A stretch of 64,000 nucleotides of DNA from Octopus bimaculoides (taxonomy: Eukaryota). This document shows positions 41,853-53,419 of the stretch, in pieces; position 1 is the stretch's first letter; every line of letters begins with the position of its first letter. The notes under the pieces are model-generated. The model was given only the letters and a program-made list of their open reading frames with translations, was not told the DNA's origin and made no database searches. Made by a program: the position numbers and the translations under genes. The DNA is taken from positions 30,125,001 to 30,189,000 of the forward strand of contig NC_068988.1 of assembly GCF_001194135.2 (NCBI RefSeq), in the 5' to 3' direction.

Positions 41853-43081
41853 GTCTATCTATCTATCTCCGCTCTCTCTCTCTCTCACACACACACATGT
41901 ATACAGTGTCCAGTATTTTCAAAAATGTTTTTATTTGGAAATTTTATTTATGGAATGTTTCATTACATAAAGATTTATCATAATCTCTCAACTAACATGG
42001 GCATTACGTTCCACCCCCACCCCCCAATAGGTGAAAATCCACAAAATAGAAACAGGTATTCAGAGATTTTGCAAGCTCTTCTAAATCCATTCAGACGTTG
42101 GAAACCCTTCTGTATTGTCAGCAGGTATCTCAGGCATTTAGTCCCTTAGCCTGTATGCTTCACCTGGAAAAGGGTTCCACCTGCGGCCTTTTACCAACCA
42201 CTGCTACCTTGAGCTGGTTTCACCTGCCATGTCTAAATCCTTGGTGACTTTCTTTGGTTGTTTTGGTTCCTGACCAATCTTAAGACATGGTGCACCAATT
42301 TCGCCGGAAAGCCTTTGACAAGAGTCTCATCAACTGTTGTAAAGCAGTCTTTTGCCATTTTTGTATCTGTCTTTTGACTATGGTTGTTGCTATGACAGAT
42401 TTTGTTATATTCCAAAGTCATCAATAGAATGGTTCTATCTGGCACTGTACGACCTCTAGTCATACAGTGTTATTATCCTCAAAGGGTTGGATCGTTATAA
42501 CGTCCACTCAGTATTACAGTGTAATTATTATATCAGTACAGACACAACTATCAACGCAGTCTACACATACTCTTGACCTTTCCTCGACTGGCTACTGGTC
42601 TATTTATAATGGCTGGCAACTACCACTTTTTATCGGGAGGAGTGTACAGTTTCACTACAGCATAAACCAAGTCCAATATTTGATTCTTTGCATTTGTTAA
42701 GAAAGTAGGGTATAGTTCCTTCCATTTGAAAGTACTTGAGGCTCTTTGGGTTTCATTCAATAATTTCAAACGAGCATCCCATCCATGCTTTAAAAAAGAC
42801 AATTTAGTAAATTAAATCAGCTGGTGTTTGGGACATAAATTAGCATAAAATTTTGATGAAAAGTTTTAATTTAGGTCACTTTAAGTCATGCAGTTTATAT
42901 TATAGAACCCAGTGTGATGTCGGGTGTGTTAGCATCAAAAGAGTTAATTAACTGTCATATGTAATATTCTAAAGCTTGTTAGCATATAAGTGTGTAGTGA
43001 TGCATATAACTGCATATCTTTCAAAATGTCAGGCCGACCTATGTTGGCCTTAATGATATTTTCAATATATCTAAGCCTTAA

Positions 43082-43296
43082 GACGGCAAGCTGGCAGAAT
43101 CGTTAGCACGCTGGATGAAATGCTTAGCGGTATTTCATCTGTCACTACATTCTGAGTTCAAATTCCGCCGAGGTCGACTTTGCCTTTCATCCTTTCAGGG
43201 TCAATATATTAACTACCAGTTGCATACTGGGGTCGATCTAATCGACTGGTCTCCTCCCCAAAAATTTCAGGCCTTGTGCCTAGAGTAGAAAAGAAT
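43082..43296 (+). mobile_element. tRNA-derived SINE, family 2
   Basis: ggcaagctggcagaatcgttagc...ctgagttcaaattcc (B-box-like)...ggggtcgat...ggccttgtgcc. Confidence 0.8.
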
Positions 43297-43349
43297 ATAT
43301 CTAAACCTTTTCACATGATTCTTGTTATATCCCAAAACTTCTGTGCTGG

Positions 43350-43489
43350 CATAAGTGTGTGGTAAGAAGCTTGCTTCCCGACCACATGGTTCTGGGTTCA
43401 ATCCCACTGCATCGCATCTTTGGCAAGTGTTTCCTACTATAGCCTCAGACCAGCCAAGCCTTGTGAGTGGATTTGGCAGATGGAAACTG

Positions 43490-43529
<40 letters not shown>

Positions 43530-43590
43530 TTTGTACCTGTGTTAGTCTACAACCCCACTGCTTGATAACCAGTGCTGGTTTGTCACTACT
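43350..43590 (+). mobile_element. SINE family 1, 5' two-thirds
   Basis: gtgtggtaagaagcttgcttccc...gtgagtggatttgg followed by (GT)n. Confidence 0.7.
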
Positions 43591-44449
43591 TCAACATGGC
43601 TGTTCCATACAAACCAGCATTACTACCATTTTTTAAACCCCAAGAGAATGTCTCTTCTAGCAGGTTATCAATACAATCTGCACCCTACTTGCAATATTTA
43701 TCAAATGCAAGGACAGTAGTTGGACAGGCTTGTATAGCATGCTACATACTATCATGCAATTGTTCAAGTTCAAAATAAACATAGCTTCTTTCTGAGAAAA
43801 AGCAACTCATTCTTTCTTGCTGTATTTTTCGTGGACATATATATATGTGTGTGTGTGTTTGTATATGCGTAGATGATTGTAAACGTGTGTGTGTGTGTGT
43901 GTGTTTGTATATGTGTAGGTGATTGTATACATGTATATGTGTGTGTGAATGTATATATAGATTGAGAACATCAGATAAAATACCTTGTGGTATTTGTTCT
44001 GATGCTTTACAGTCTGAGTTCAAATCCTGCCAAGTTCAACTTTGTCTTTTATCATCGGAGCAATTAAATTGGTAAAGCCGTTGGAGCATCAGACAAAAGA
44101 CATTGCTGTATTTAGCTATAGCTCTTTAGATTCTGTGTTCAAATCCTGCTGAGGTTAAATAAAGTACCAATAAAATAAAATACTGATAAAATAAAGTACC
44201 AATCAAGTACCTAATGGCTGAATTATTCAACTCTTCCTTCCACCCACAATAAATATTTTGTGGTCTTCTGCTTGGGGTAGAAAAGTCACCATTTTTATTT
44301 TTAATTGCATCTCTTGACCTTAATTTGTCCTATGGCACTGGGAGTGTCTTGACAAACGATTGCATCAAACATGTAGATTATGAATTAAGATTATTTCAAA
44401 AATAGCCAAAAGGACACAAATTTTGGTGGGGAAGAAGGATTAGTCAATT

Positions 44450-44809
44450 CGTGGCACTCCATCAGTTATGACAACAAGGGTCCCAGCTCATGAAATTAAC
44501 ATGCAAGTGGCTGAGTACTCCACAGACATGTGTACCCTTAACGTAGTTCTCGGGGAGATTCAGTGTGACACAGAGTGTGACAAGGCTGGCCTTTCGAAAT
44601 ACAGGTAACAACAGAAACCGGAAGAAAGAGTGAAAGAAAGTTGTGGTGGAAGAGTACAGCAGGGTTTGCCACCATCTCCCTGCTGGAACCTCGTGGAGCT
44701 TTAGGTGTTTTCACTCAATAAACACTCACACCGCCCGGTCTGGGAATCAAAACCGCGATCCCACGATTGCAAGTCCACTGCCCTAACCACTGGGCCATTG
44801 CGCCTCCAC
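44450..44809 (-). mobile_element. tRNA-derived SINE, family 3, inserted into a family 2 SINE
   Basis: A box TGGCCCAGTGG and B-box-like GGTTTTGATTCCC on the minus strand. TSD ATTAGTCAATT at 44439-44449 and 44810-44820. Confidence 0.85.
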
Positions 44810-45875
44810 ATTAGTCAATTGAATATCTCCCATTACATGACTGGTACTTGATTTTATCAAACCCCAGGAGGATAAAAACCTAGTAATAAGGGTTTAATTA
44901 CTGTGATTACAATTCTATTATTTTTTGATATATTGTGATAATTATTGTTAGTTTATTTGTTGCTTTTATGGGTTTTTTTTGTTATATTGTTGTCTTAATA
45001 TTATTATTAAGACAACATATATATAATATTAAGACAATATAGTCTCAATATTATTAGTATTCTTGTCACAGTCAAATAATGTTCTAATTATTATTATTAT
45101 TACTATAAATAACAATAATAGTTAGCTCTAGTATTACTTTTATTATAAAATTGGTAGGTAATTTATTAGTTCAGTCACAACATAAATTTTGTAATTTAAT
45201 ATGTTGTTGTTATAGAAAAATCTTAACGAACTTCTTGAATTCTTGTTCCTACTTGGATAATTGAGAGAGGTTTTTTTTTTAAATTTTCTTTGCTCTTCTT
45301 GTTTAATACTTTACAACACAATTGAAATATTTTCATTGTCATTAATATTTACATTATAGTTTTATTTTTTTCTATTTTTGTAACAATGTAGCCTAATATA
45401 TTTTAGCATTTTGATCTATGTGTTTATGTGTATATGTGTATAAAATGCAGTGTGCATACAAATATTTGTATGCACACATCATTCCATACACCATATCTAA
45501 TGGCTTATAGGACACAATTTTTTTTTTTTTTTTTTTTTTTGTCAAATAAAAGTTTCAAAAATCACTCTGGATCGTATTATGCAATGTTAGGCCTTCCATA
45601 AGCTTTAGCAAACTAAAAATATTATTCTTAGATATGCACTGCCAAATTTGGAGTGCATCTAATAGCGCCCGTGTGTCTTTTATGCCATGAAATTAACTAT
45701 GGTTGCATACCAAATGTATAAACTGAAGTCACTATTTAAATTTTTAGACTTTGGTTATTCTAAAAAATTACTATTTTTAGATCTCACAACGAGAGATATT
45801 CAGCAACAGTACTTTGTGGTAAAGATTGTTTGCCAACATAACATGGCAGTCCTGGTTTAGGACGAATGTTGCTGT

Positions 45876-46088
45876 AATTTAACCCCAGGAGACATCGTCT
45901 CCAGCTGGCTATACGACACGATCTGTGTCCTTATATTTTCGAACAAGGGCATCTAGCACCCCCACTCAGCTCAAAACATAGATATTGTTTTAAGCTGAGT
46001 GGGGGTGCTAGATGCCCTTGTTCGAAAATATAAGGACACAGATTGTGTTGTATAGCCAGCTGGTAACAATATCTCCTGGGGTTAAATT
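45876..46088. mobile_element. Hairpin (fold-back) MITE, ~100 bp arms, 7 nt loop
   Basis: 45876-45978 pairs with 45986-46088. One arm recurs at ~54078-54150. Confidence 0.85.
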
Positions 46089-46284
46089 TAGTTATTCTGT
46101 CAAGGAATTGGTTCATTTAGATTCCCTGTACTCTCACAGATCTCATTTTTTCTTCCTAAAGTATTTCTCTTACCACCAGAAATACAATCAGCAATCTAAT
46201 TCACCCAGTGTAATTTGCATAATTATAAATCAAAATGAGCTCAGAGAAATACTTTATTTGATGGTATACAAGATGCATCTGGAG

Positions 46285-46590
46285 GTGCTTGGTTAGGTTA
46301 CTGCACTCATGGTTACTAGATCATCATGGGTTCAATTCCCAAGAGTTTTCAAGAACACAGTGCACCACCTGGTTGGATGGAGTGTTGTGTTCTTGAGCAA
46401 AACATTTCATTTCGTATTTCTCCAGTCTGCTCAGCTGTAAACGGGTCACTCTTTGATGGAATAACTTTCCAGTTGGAGGGAATGTTAGCCTGCTCACATA
46501 TCCAGCAGGGTGGTGGTCATTTAAAAGCTAAATCAATGCAAAGCACACTGTGACCAGCGATGTATAACAACATCTGATAGTCTGGTTCCT
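46285..46590 (+). mobile_element. Diverged tRNA-derived SINE, a fourth family
   Basis: gggttcaattccc B-box, then gtgttcttgagcaaaacattt and a distinct 3' region. Confidence 0.5.
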
Positions 46591-47093
46591 ACTGTGATAT
46601 AAGGTGCACTGTTTTTTCAAAAAATGTCCTGCAAAAATCACTCTAGGTCCTGTCTATGCAAATCTGGATCTCCCATGTGCTTTAAGGCACTGCAAACTTC
46701 CTTCCTGAATACGTGTTACTGAAATTGGGTTATGTCCAATATAATCATGCATCTTTTATGCCATCAAATATGGTTACTACAATGAGCCAATGGCATGAAT
46801 TTGCATAAATAAGCTGACAGTTGATGTATTGGATGCTGTCCCCCCCCCACTAAAAAAAAGAAAAGAAAAGAAGCAATTATTAGAAATTTCCTTGCACAAA
46901 AGAAAACCAACACTAAAAAGTCGTTAGTGACCAGGAGATAACTTCTAGAACTGAAATCTCTCAAAGCTAATTTACATGCTTAGAAGAAAATCAGATTTTT
47001 GTCTACAGGCAGGAGATAACTCTGAATACGTTTCAGTCTGTTAGACCTCATCAGCATATATGCAATTATATGTGTATGTATGCATATACACGT

Positions 47094-47211
47094 GCCAAAT
47101 CAGATTGGAGCCTGGTGTAGCCATCTGGTTTCACCAGTCCTCAGTCAAATTGTCCAACCCATGCTAGCATGGAAAGCGGACGTTAAACAATGATGATGAT
47201 GATGATGATGA

Positions 47212-47215
<4 letters not shown>
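47094..47215 (+). mobile_element. RTE LINE 3' UTR end
   Basis: gccaaatcagattggagcctgg...gcggacgttaaac followed by (GAT)n. Confidence 0.8.
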
Positions 47216-47299
<84 letters not shown>

Positions 47300-48295
47300 A
47301 TAGATAGATAGATATACTACACATAGACACATAAACAAGTTTTTCTAGGAGACTACATTGTTCTTTTGATTTTGTAAAATTAATTCATTATTATTTATTA
47401 TCATATTGTATTAATTATTTTGGAGAAAGTCTCGACATACTGTCCTTCATCTGAGCCAAGTCATTCTGCTAGCCATTTGTGTGTGTCTCACCAGTTTTTC
47501 CTTTAGTTAGTCAACAACGTTTGCCTTAATTTCCTCTCAATCTGCAATTATAATAGTTGTTGTATGCATAGCACACCCTGCTGTGAGTTCTTTTGGTGTG
47601 AACACATTCACTTTTCCAACAGCCCCTTTTTTTTTATATGTTTCTTTGCAATTTGCTTTTTCAGTAGTTTTTCTCCTCCATTCCATATTTTGCTATGTAA
47701 CTTCTGATTCATTTTTCTGTTTTGTTTTAATTATTTGCCTCTATTTTCGCCTTTCTTCCTCCTGTAGTTTGCTCTTTTGTTCTACTTTAGTTTGCCACCC
47801 GACATCCTACTATTGTTTGCTTTAATTTTGATCCAGTTATTTTGGGGTTGTTTTTTTTTTGGTTTTTTACATTGTTTTGTTATTGTTTCTTCTCATAGTT
47901 AGCTTCTTTTTTTTTTTGGCCTCATAGACATTTCTGAATGCACATTATTACCTTAACAGAAAATAAAAAAGAAACAATGGAAAAAAAATAATAAAAAGAA
48001 TTACTTTCTTTATTATTAATTGGTCAAAAGAAACAAAAAAAGAAAACAGAAAACTTTATAAATTTAAATTTTCTGAGCCAAAATTCTTTTGATTAAATAT
48101 TTTTATTTATTTTCATTTTTTTTTTTTTTTTTCGTTCTTCCTAGCATGAACAAAAATGAAAAAAAAATAATAGATAAATAAAAATATATAATAATAGTTA
48201 TTATTANNNNNNNNNNAAAAAAAAAAAAATTCAAAATTATGGAATTTTATCTACATTATACTTTACAGTTGTAATTTCTTCCTGACGATCATAAT

Positions 48296-48338
<43 letters not shown>

Positions 48339-49019
48339 TTACTAGTGCATCGTTGCTGATGATGTTGTTGCTGATGTTATTAATTTCTCTTGTTTTTCTG
48401 CATGTCTGTAAAATTCACCAAGTTGTTTCTACTAAATAGCATTAGTAGTTGTTGTTCGTATCAGTAGTACTAGCTTCCGAAATAAGATTCTCATTACAAA
48501 ACAAAAGTGTTTTGAAAAAAAAAACAAAAAAAAAACAGTTCAACTTCAAAAGAATTTGGTGCATCTGTCTATGCATGTTGCACCGAGTGACTGACAGGAT
48601 GCATGTGTGCATTTTGGCATGAAGCAAGTGTTGTTTTCAGTTGAGATTCTTTCAGTTTCTCTGAGTGCATGCATGTTTGTGTATGTATGTATGTATGTGT
48701 TTGTGTATATAATAACAAAACTATTCAGTACTAAAGTCACCTAAGGGGCCTTCATGAAGAAGGGGACAAGAACCTTGGCATAGAATTTATGCATTTTTAA
48801 TATTTTATGCATGTATGTTTTATTTATTGTATTTTTACTAATATATATTGTTTATTCATATTACTTCATGTTTAATATATGTGTATATATATATATATAC
48901 ATATATGTGTATCAGTACAAATCTCTGTGTATATGCATGTCATGTGTGTGTCTCTGTGCAGTTAAATGTTTTATCTGTGTGTGTGTGTGTGTGTGCATGA
49001 CAAATGCAAATAATTAACA

Positions 49020-49163
49020 AATGGAGAAAACCACAGACTAACCAACACAACAGCCGTAAGATATGTTACGCCACCTATTTTGTTAACGTCATGCTTTGTA
49101 TTAATAAGTAAGCTATAAATGTGGTTCAATCTATGTGTTGGTTAATCTGTGGTTTTCTCCATT
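49020..49163. repeat. Inverted repeat, 30 bp arms (1 mismatch), ~84 bp spacer
   Basis: aatggagaaaaccacagactaaccaacaca pairs with tgtgttggttaatctgtggttttctccatt. Confidence 0.8.
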
Positions 49164-49338
49164 TTCTAATTATTTACATTGGTTCTTGATAAACTCTTGT
49201 TTATACTGTTGTTATCTGCACTCTATGTGTATGGTGTGCCTGCACACCAATGCCTGGCATAATACAGATAACGGATACCAAAAGTATATACAGATAGTTT
49301 ATCCCTTAGTTGGTTACTATAACCACTAACCCTGTTTA

Positions 49339-49380
<42 letters not shown>

Positions 49381-50026
49381 CCAATGTATCATATATCCGA
49401 ATAAGAAGCACGCTTTAAAGTATAGAGCAGTAAAGTATTAAAGCAGTAAAGTTAAAATCTGGTCATAGAGTAACCAATAGTTTCCCATCCACAAAAGCCA
49501 CAGCTTTGTGGACAGCTCATCAGTCTCCATACAAAGACAAATTTAACTCTTCACCTCTTGGAGATGGAAAGTTGTATGTGAGTGTGTGTATGTACACGCA
49601 CACAGACACACATGCATTCTCATCGAAAATGGAGGTGAGTACCAACATTCCCATGTGGTACACTTGAACAATTGTAAAGAAACCTTTTACCTGAAACCAT
49701 CGGTTGCCTTATTAACCAGCAAATGAAGAATATTTATATACCAATACTGAGTTGAACACTTATTCTTACTGTTTCACATTAGCGTACATCTGTGTGTGTG
49801 TGTGTGTGTGTGCATGCATATATCTTGTATGTGTTTCCATGTAGTTATGTGCTATACATGTATGTGTGTGTGTGTGTGTGTGTTTGTAGAAATTATTTTT
49901 AAACTAATGAGACAGAACTAAGGAAATTCCTTTGACTAATCACCTCTTGCAAGATCAACTTTCTTATTACCATCATACAATTATCGTCATATGTAAAAAA
50001 TTAAGTAAAAATTTAGTAAAATAATT

Positions 50027-50620
50027 GGATCTTTTTTAAAATGGGAGCCACATTTTTCATTAATGTTTTACGTAGTGTTTTTGGTACCGAAAGACTTTCA
50101 AACTTCGCATACTTATCTATTTTGTGTTATAGAACAGAAAAATATTTTTGTATTCGAATTTATTTCATGTAAAAAAATTGTCTTATTTCGATAATTTCAA
50201 CCAATCACTGACAAGTATTCAGTTGTTTAGATTTACTCCTTTGGCTGATTAAGCGATGTAAAGCGTATTTAATCTCCATACCTTCGTTTTATTTGCTTTT
50301 TTCATTTTAAATTTGCTTTAACCCTAACCCTAACCCTAGGGTTAGGGTTAGGGTTAGAGTTAGGGTTAGGGTTAGGGTTAATTGTTTCAGAATCGTTTGT
50401 TTATGTAGTCGGCACTTAATGTATATGGGCTGAATGGACGTCAGTGATTGGTTGAAATTACAGAAATACGACAACTTTAACATGGAATAATTTATGGATT
50501 TCTTTTTTTTTTTAAGAAGACTAAGAGAAAAAGATGTTTTATATGACACATTCTACCAGTGTTCCAAGTTTCAAAGTGTTTCGTTAATGAAAAATGTGGC
50601 CCCCGTTTTAAAAAAGATCC
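50027..50620. mobile_element. Non-autonomous DNA transposon (MITE), 594 bp, 8 bp TSD, internal telomeric repeats
   Basis: TIRs GGATCTTTTTTAAAATGGGAGCCACATTTTTCATTAA and TTAATGAAAAATGTGGCCCCCGTTTTAAAAAAGATCC. TSD AAATAATT at 50019-50026 and 50621-50628. A second internal inverted pair aatttcaaccaatcactgac / gtcagtgattggttgaaatt. Confidence 0.88.
50319..50380. repeat. Interstitial telomeric repeat, inverted junction (TAACCC)3-TAGGG-(TTAGGG)n
   Basis: Read directly; one unit is the variant TTAGAG. Confidence 0.95.
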
Positions 50621-50837
50621 AAATAATTGTCATAATTAAGTTAGTGTTTGGAATATAAACTAACATGAAATTTTGATGGAAGATTTTAATATAGATCATT
50701 TTAATCCTTTTAATACCATATTTGAAATAACTAGTTTTTGTTTTAATTAATTTGTGAAATTAATTTAGTAAAATAATTGTCATTATTAAGTTAATATTTG
50801 GAGCATAAATTAACAATTTTGACGGTAGCTTTTAATT

Positions 50838-51298
50838 GAAAGTGAGATTGTTTCTGGCAAAGATGGAGTCTGTTCTTCTGTACGAGGCTGAAACATGGAC
50901 GCTCACTAAAGCACTGAAGAAGTAGTTGGACGGTTGTTATATGAGGATACTTAGAATGGCATTCAATGTCTCCTGGAAGAGTCATACAAGAAATGCTGAC
51001 ACTTATACCAGGGACTACCAAAAGTAACACTGAAGATACAGCATAGAAGGATGAGGCTAGCTGGATGCTGCATCAGACACACCGATGAAATTGCTAACAG
51101 GCTAGTGCTCTGGCAACCAACAGAAGGAAGAACCAAATGAGGAAGGAGGAAGATGACCAATATCGACAACTTGCTGGAGGATACTGGTATGGAAGGGGTA
51201 CAGGAGCTGAGGACCATTATGGAAGATTGAGATGAATGGGGAAAACATGTGGAAACAGTTTTGGGGCGTCCTATGGGACGACCTAGATGAGAGATGAG
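50838..51298 (+). mobile_element. 5'-truncated RTE-clade LINE, decayed ORF C-terminus
   Basis: Encodes KVRLFLAKMESVLLYEAETWTLTK...RILRMAFNVSW...RRMRLAG with stops and a frameshift. GATGAGA-type tail. TSD AGCTTTTAATT at 50827-50837 and 51299-51309. Confidence 0.85.
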
Positions 51299-51831
51299 AG
51301 CTTTTAATTTAAATCGCTTTAAAACCGGAAGTTTGTTTCATAGAACCAGGAGTGGTCTTAGACAAGTTGGTATCAAAGAGGTTAATATCTATGTTATAAA
51401 GTATTGCAACAGTGCCTCACTAGAGCTTCTGGGCAACGTGAATATATAAGCATCACATTTGAGAGAAGAATCTGAATGTTAAAGGATTAAATAGGTTTTA
51501 GACTAGGAGTATCATGATAATCTAGGTAGGCCATGTTGAGCAGTGATTATGTGGGTGAGTTGTGTGTGTGCCATGATATGTCGCAAGGGACTTCAATATT
51601 GTGTTGACGTTGTTGTTATTTTTGTTTGTCCTTTAAATTTTAGTTTTGTTTTGTGTTGTTTTTCTTTATTTAAACAAATTACTGACAATCAGTGAATGTT
51701 TTGTTGCATGTTTTTTGACTGTGTGTTTATGATAATGTTTTTGTTTGTTTTTTGTTTGTTTGTTTTTTTGCATTTTTTTGGTTTGCATCATCCATCATAG
51801 TGTAGCTTGCATCTCTTTTGACTTTGCACAG

Positions 51832-52449
51832 ATGGCAGTAGGCCGGAGCCTTTCTCTATGGAGTCTGAAAAAAATCACATTGTTGAAAACTCTCACTTTA
51901 TTATCAATTTAGTCAATGGTGCTAATGTGGTCGAAGGAAAGCTCGGCAACGGTGTAACAATGAATGGAAAAGGTCAGTATGTACGTATCAATGGTAATAT
52001 GAAGGATTGTATTTACAATCTCAACCATTGTAAGACTGGATTAACGCTTGGTCTATGGCTAAAACCATTTGATCTTAACGGCAAGAAATATTATATTTCA
52101 AGTCCAGCTTACTCGCTGTATTCGAAGGATAATATCCTCTATGCTAAGTTCCAAAATGCAACCCATTCTTGGGAAATGTCCACCCCTAAGTTTAAGGGAA
52201 ACGTCTGGCAACAGGTGGTTATGAGTTGGGATCCAGCAAGGGGTTCCAAGTTGTATATAAACCATGAGAAGGTTGCACAAACGACAACTTCAAAACCTTT
52301 CATGCAAGGTGATACACCTGCTGAAGGTATATACATCGGTACCAGTGGAAATAATGTTGGACGGTTCACACCTGATTTTGATGTTGATGAAGTGCAATAC
52401 TACAGAACAAGCGTCAATGGAATCCTTGATGGATTTGGACCATTTTATG
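51832..52449 (+). CDS. Exon A (618 nt, phase 1-1): ConA-like/LamG_3 domain
   Basis: Acceptor tttgcacag|AT, donor TATG|gtaagt. Encodes [16 protein letters not shown]...[19 protein letters not shown]...[19 protein letters not shown]...IYIG...DVDEVQYY. Confidence 0.9.
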
Positions 52450-53112
52450 GTAAGTAAATCAATTTAGTTCTAATATATTGTTTATTTATTTCTTGTTTTC
52501 TTTTTTTTTTTATTTTTAGCATTTTTTTTTTTTACATTGGTGGAATGTTGGTGAAGGGAAAATATCAGTTTGTCCATCAACCATGAAACTATAAGGACAT
52601 CACTGATGAGATACTTTTAAGGGTTTTTTAAACCTTGATTCTTCCAAATGTATGGTACTTAAATGAGGTCCTTTAACCCTGAAACCATTCAAGCAAGAAC
52701 AATCATGACGCTTTCCATCTTGAGCAACAAGTTAACCATTACTTTGGTAATAACACTCAATGGTATTATTCCATGAAGAATATGGCTGATAAAATTTCTT
52801 AAATATTCCCTGAGATCTTTTATCTTTTACTTGTTTCATCCATTGGACTGTGGTCATGCTGGAGCGCTGCCTCAAAAGGTTAAATTGGATTAACCACACC
52901 TAGTACTTATTTTTCAGTCTAGTATTTATTCTAGTAGTCTCTTTTGGCAAACTGCTAAGTAATGGGAACATAAACAAACCAACACCGCTTATCAAATGGT
53001 GGTAGGAGACAAACACAAAGACACATACACATATACATGTGTGTACATGTATGTGTATATATATGTGTGTGTGTATATATACATATATATACACACACAC
53101 ACACACATACAC

Positions 53113-53187
<75 letters not shown>

Positions 53188-53388
53188 TTGTGTTTGTCCC
53201 CCCGCCATAGCTTGACAACTGGTGTTGGTGAGTTTATGTCCCCATAACTTAGTGGGTCGACAAAAAAGTTCGATAGAATATGTACTGGGCTTACAAAGAA
53301 TAAGTCCTGGGGTCAATTTCTTCAACTAAAAGTGGTGCTCCAGCATGGCCGCAATCAAATGGCTGAAACAAGAAAAAGGAAAAAAAGA

Positions 53389-53419
<31 letters not shown>

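Noticed and set aside
44730-44809. tRNA-like sequence on the minus strand
   Set aside because: It is the head of a TSD-flanked SINE, not a tRNA gene.
47583-47825. Hydrophobic ORF as a candidate signal-peptide exon
   Set aside because: Hydrophobicity comes from T-richness, it starts at GTG, and no suitable phase 1 donor was found.
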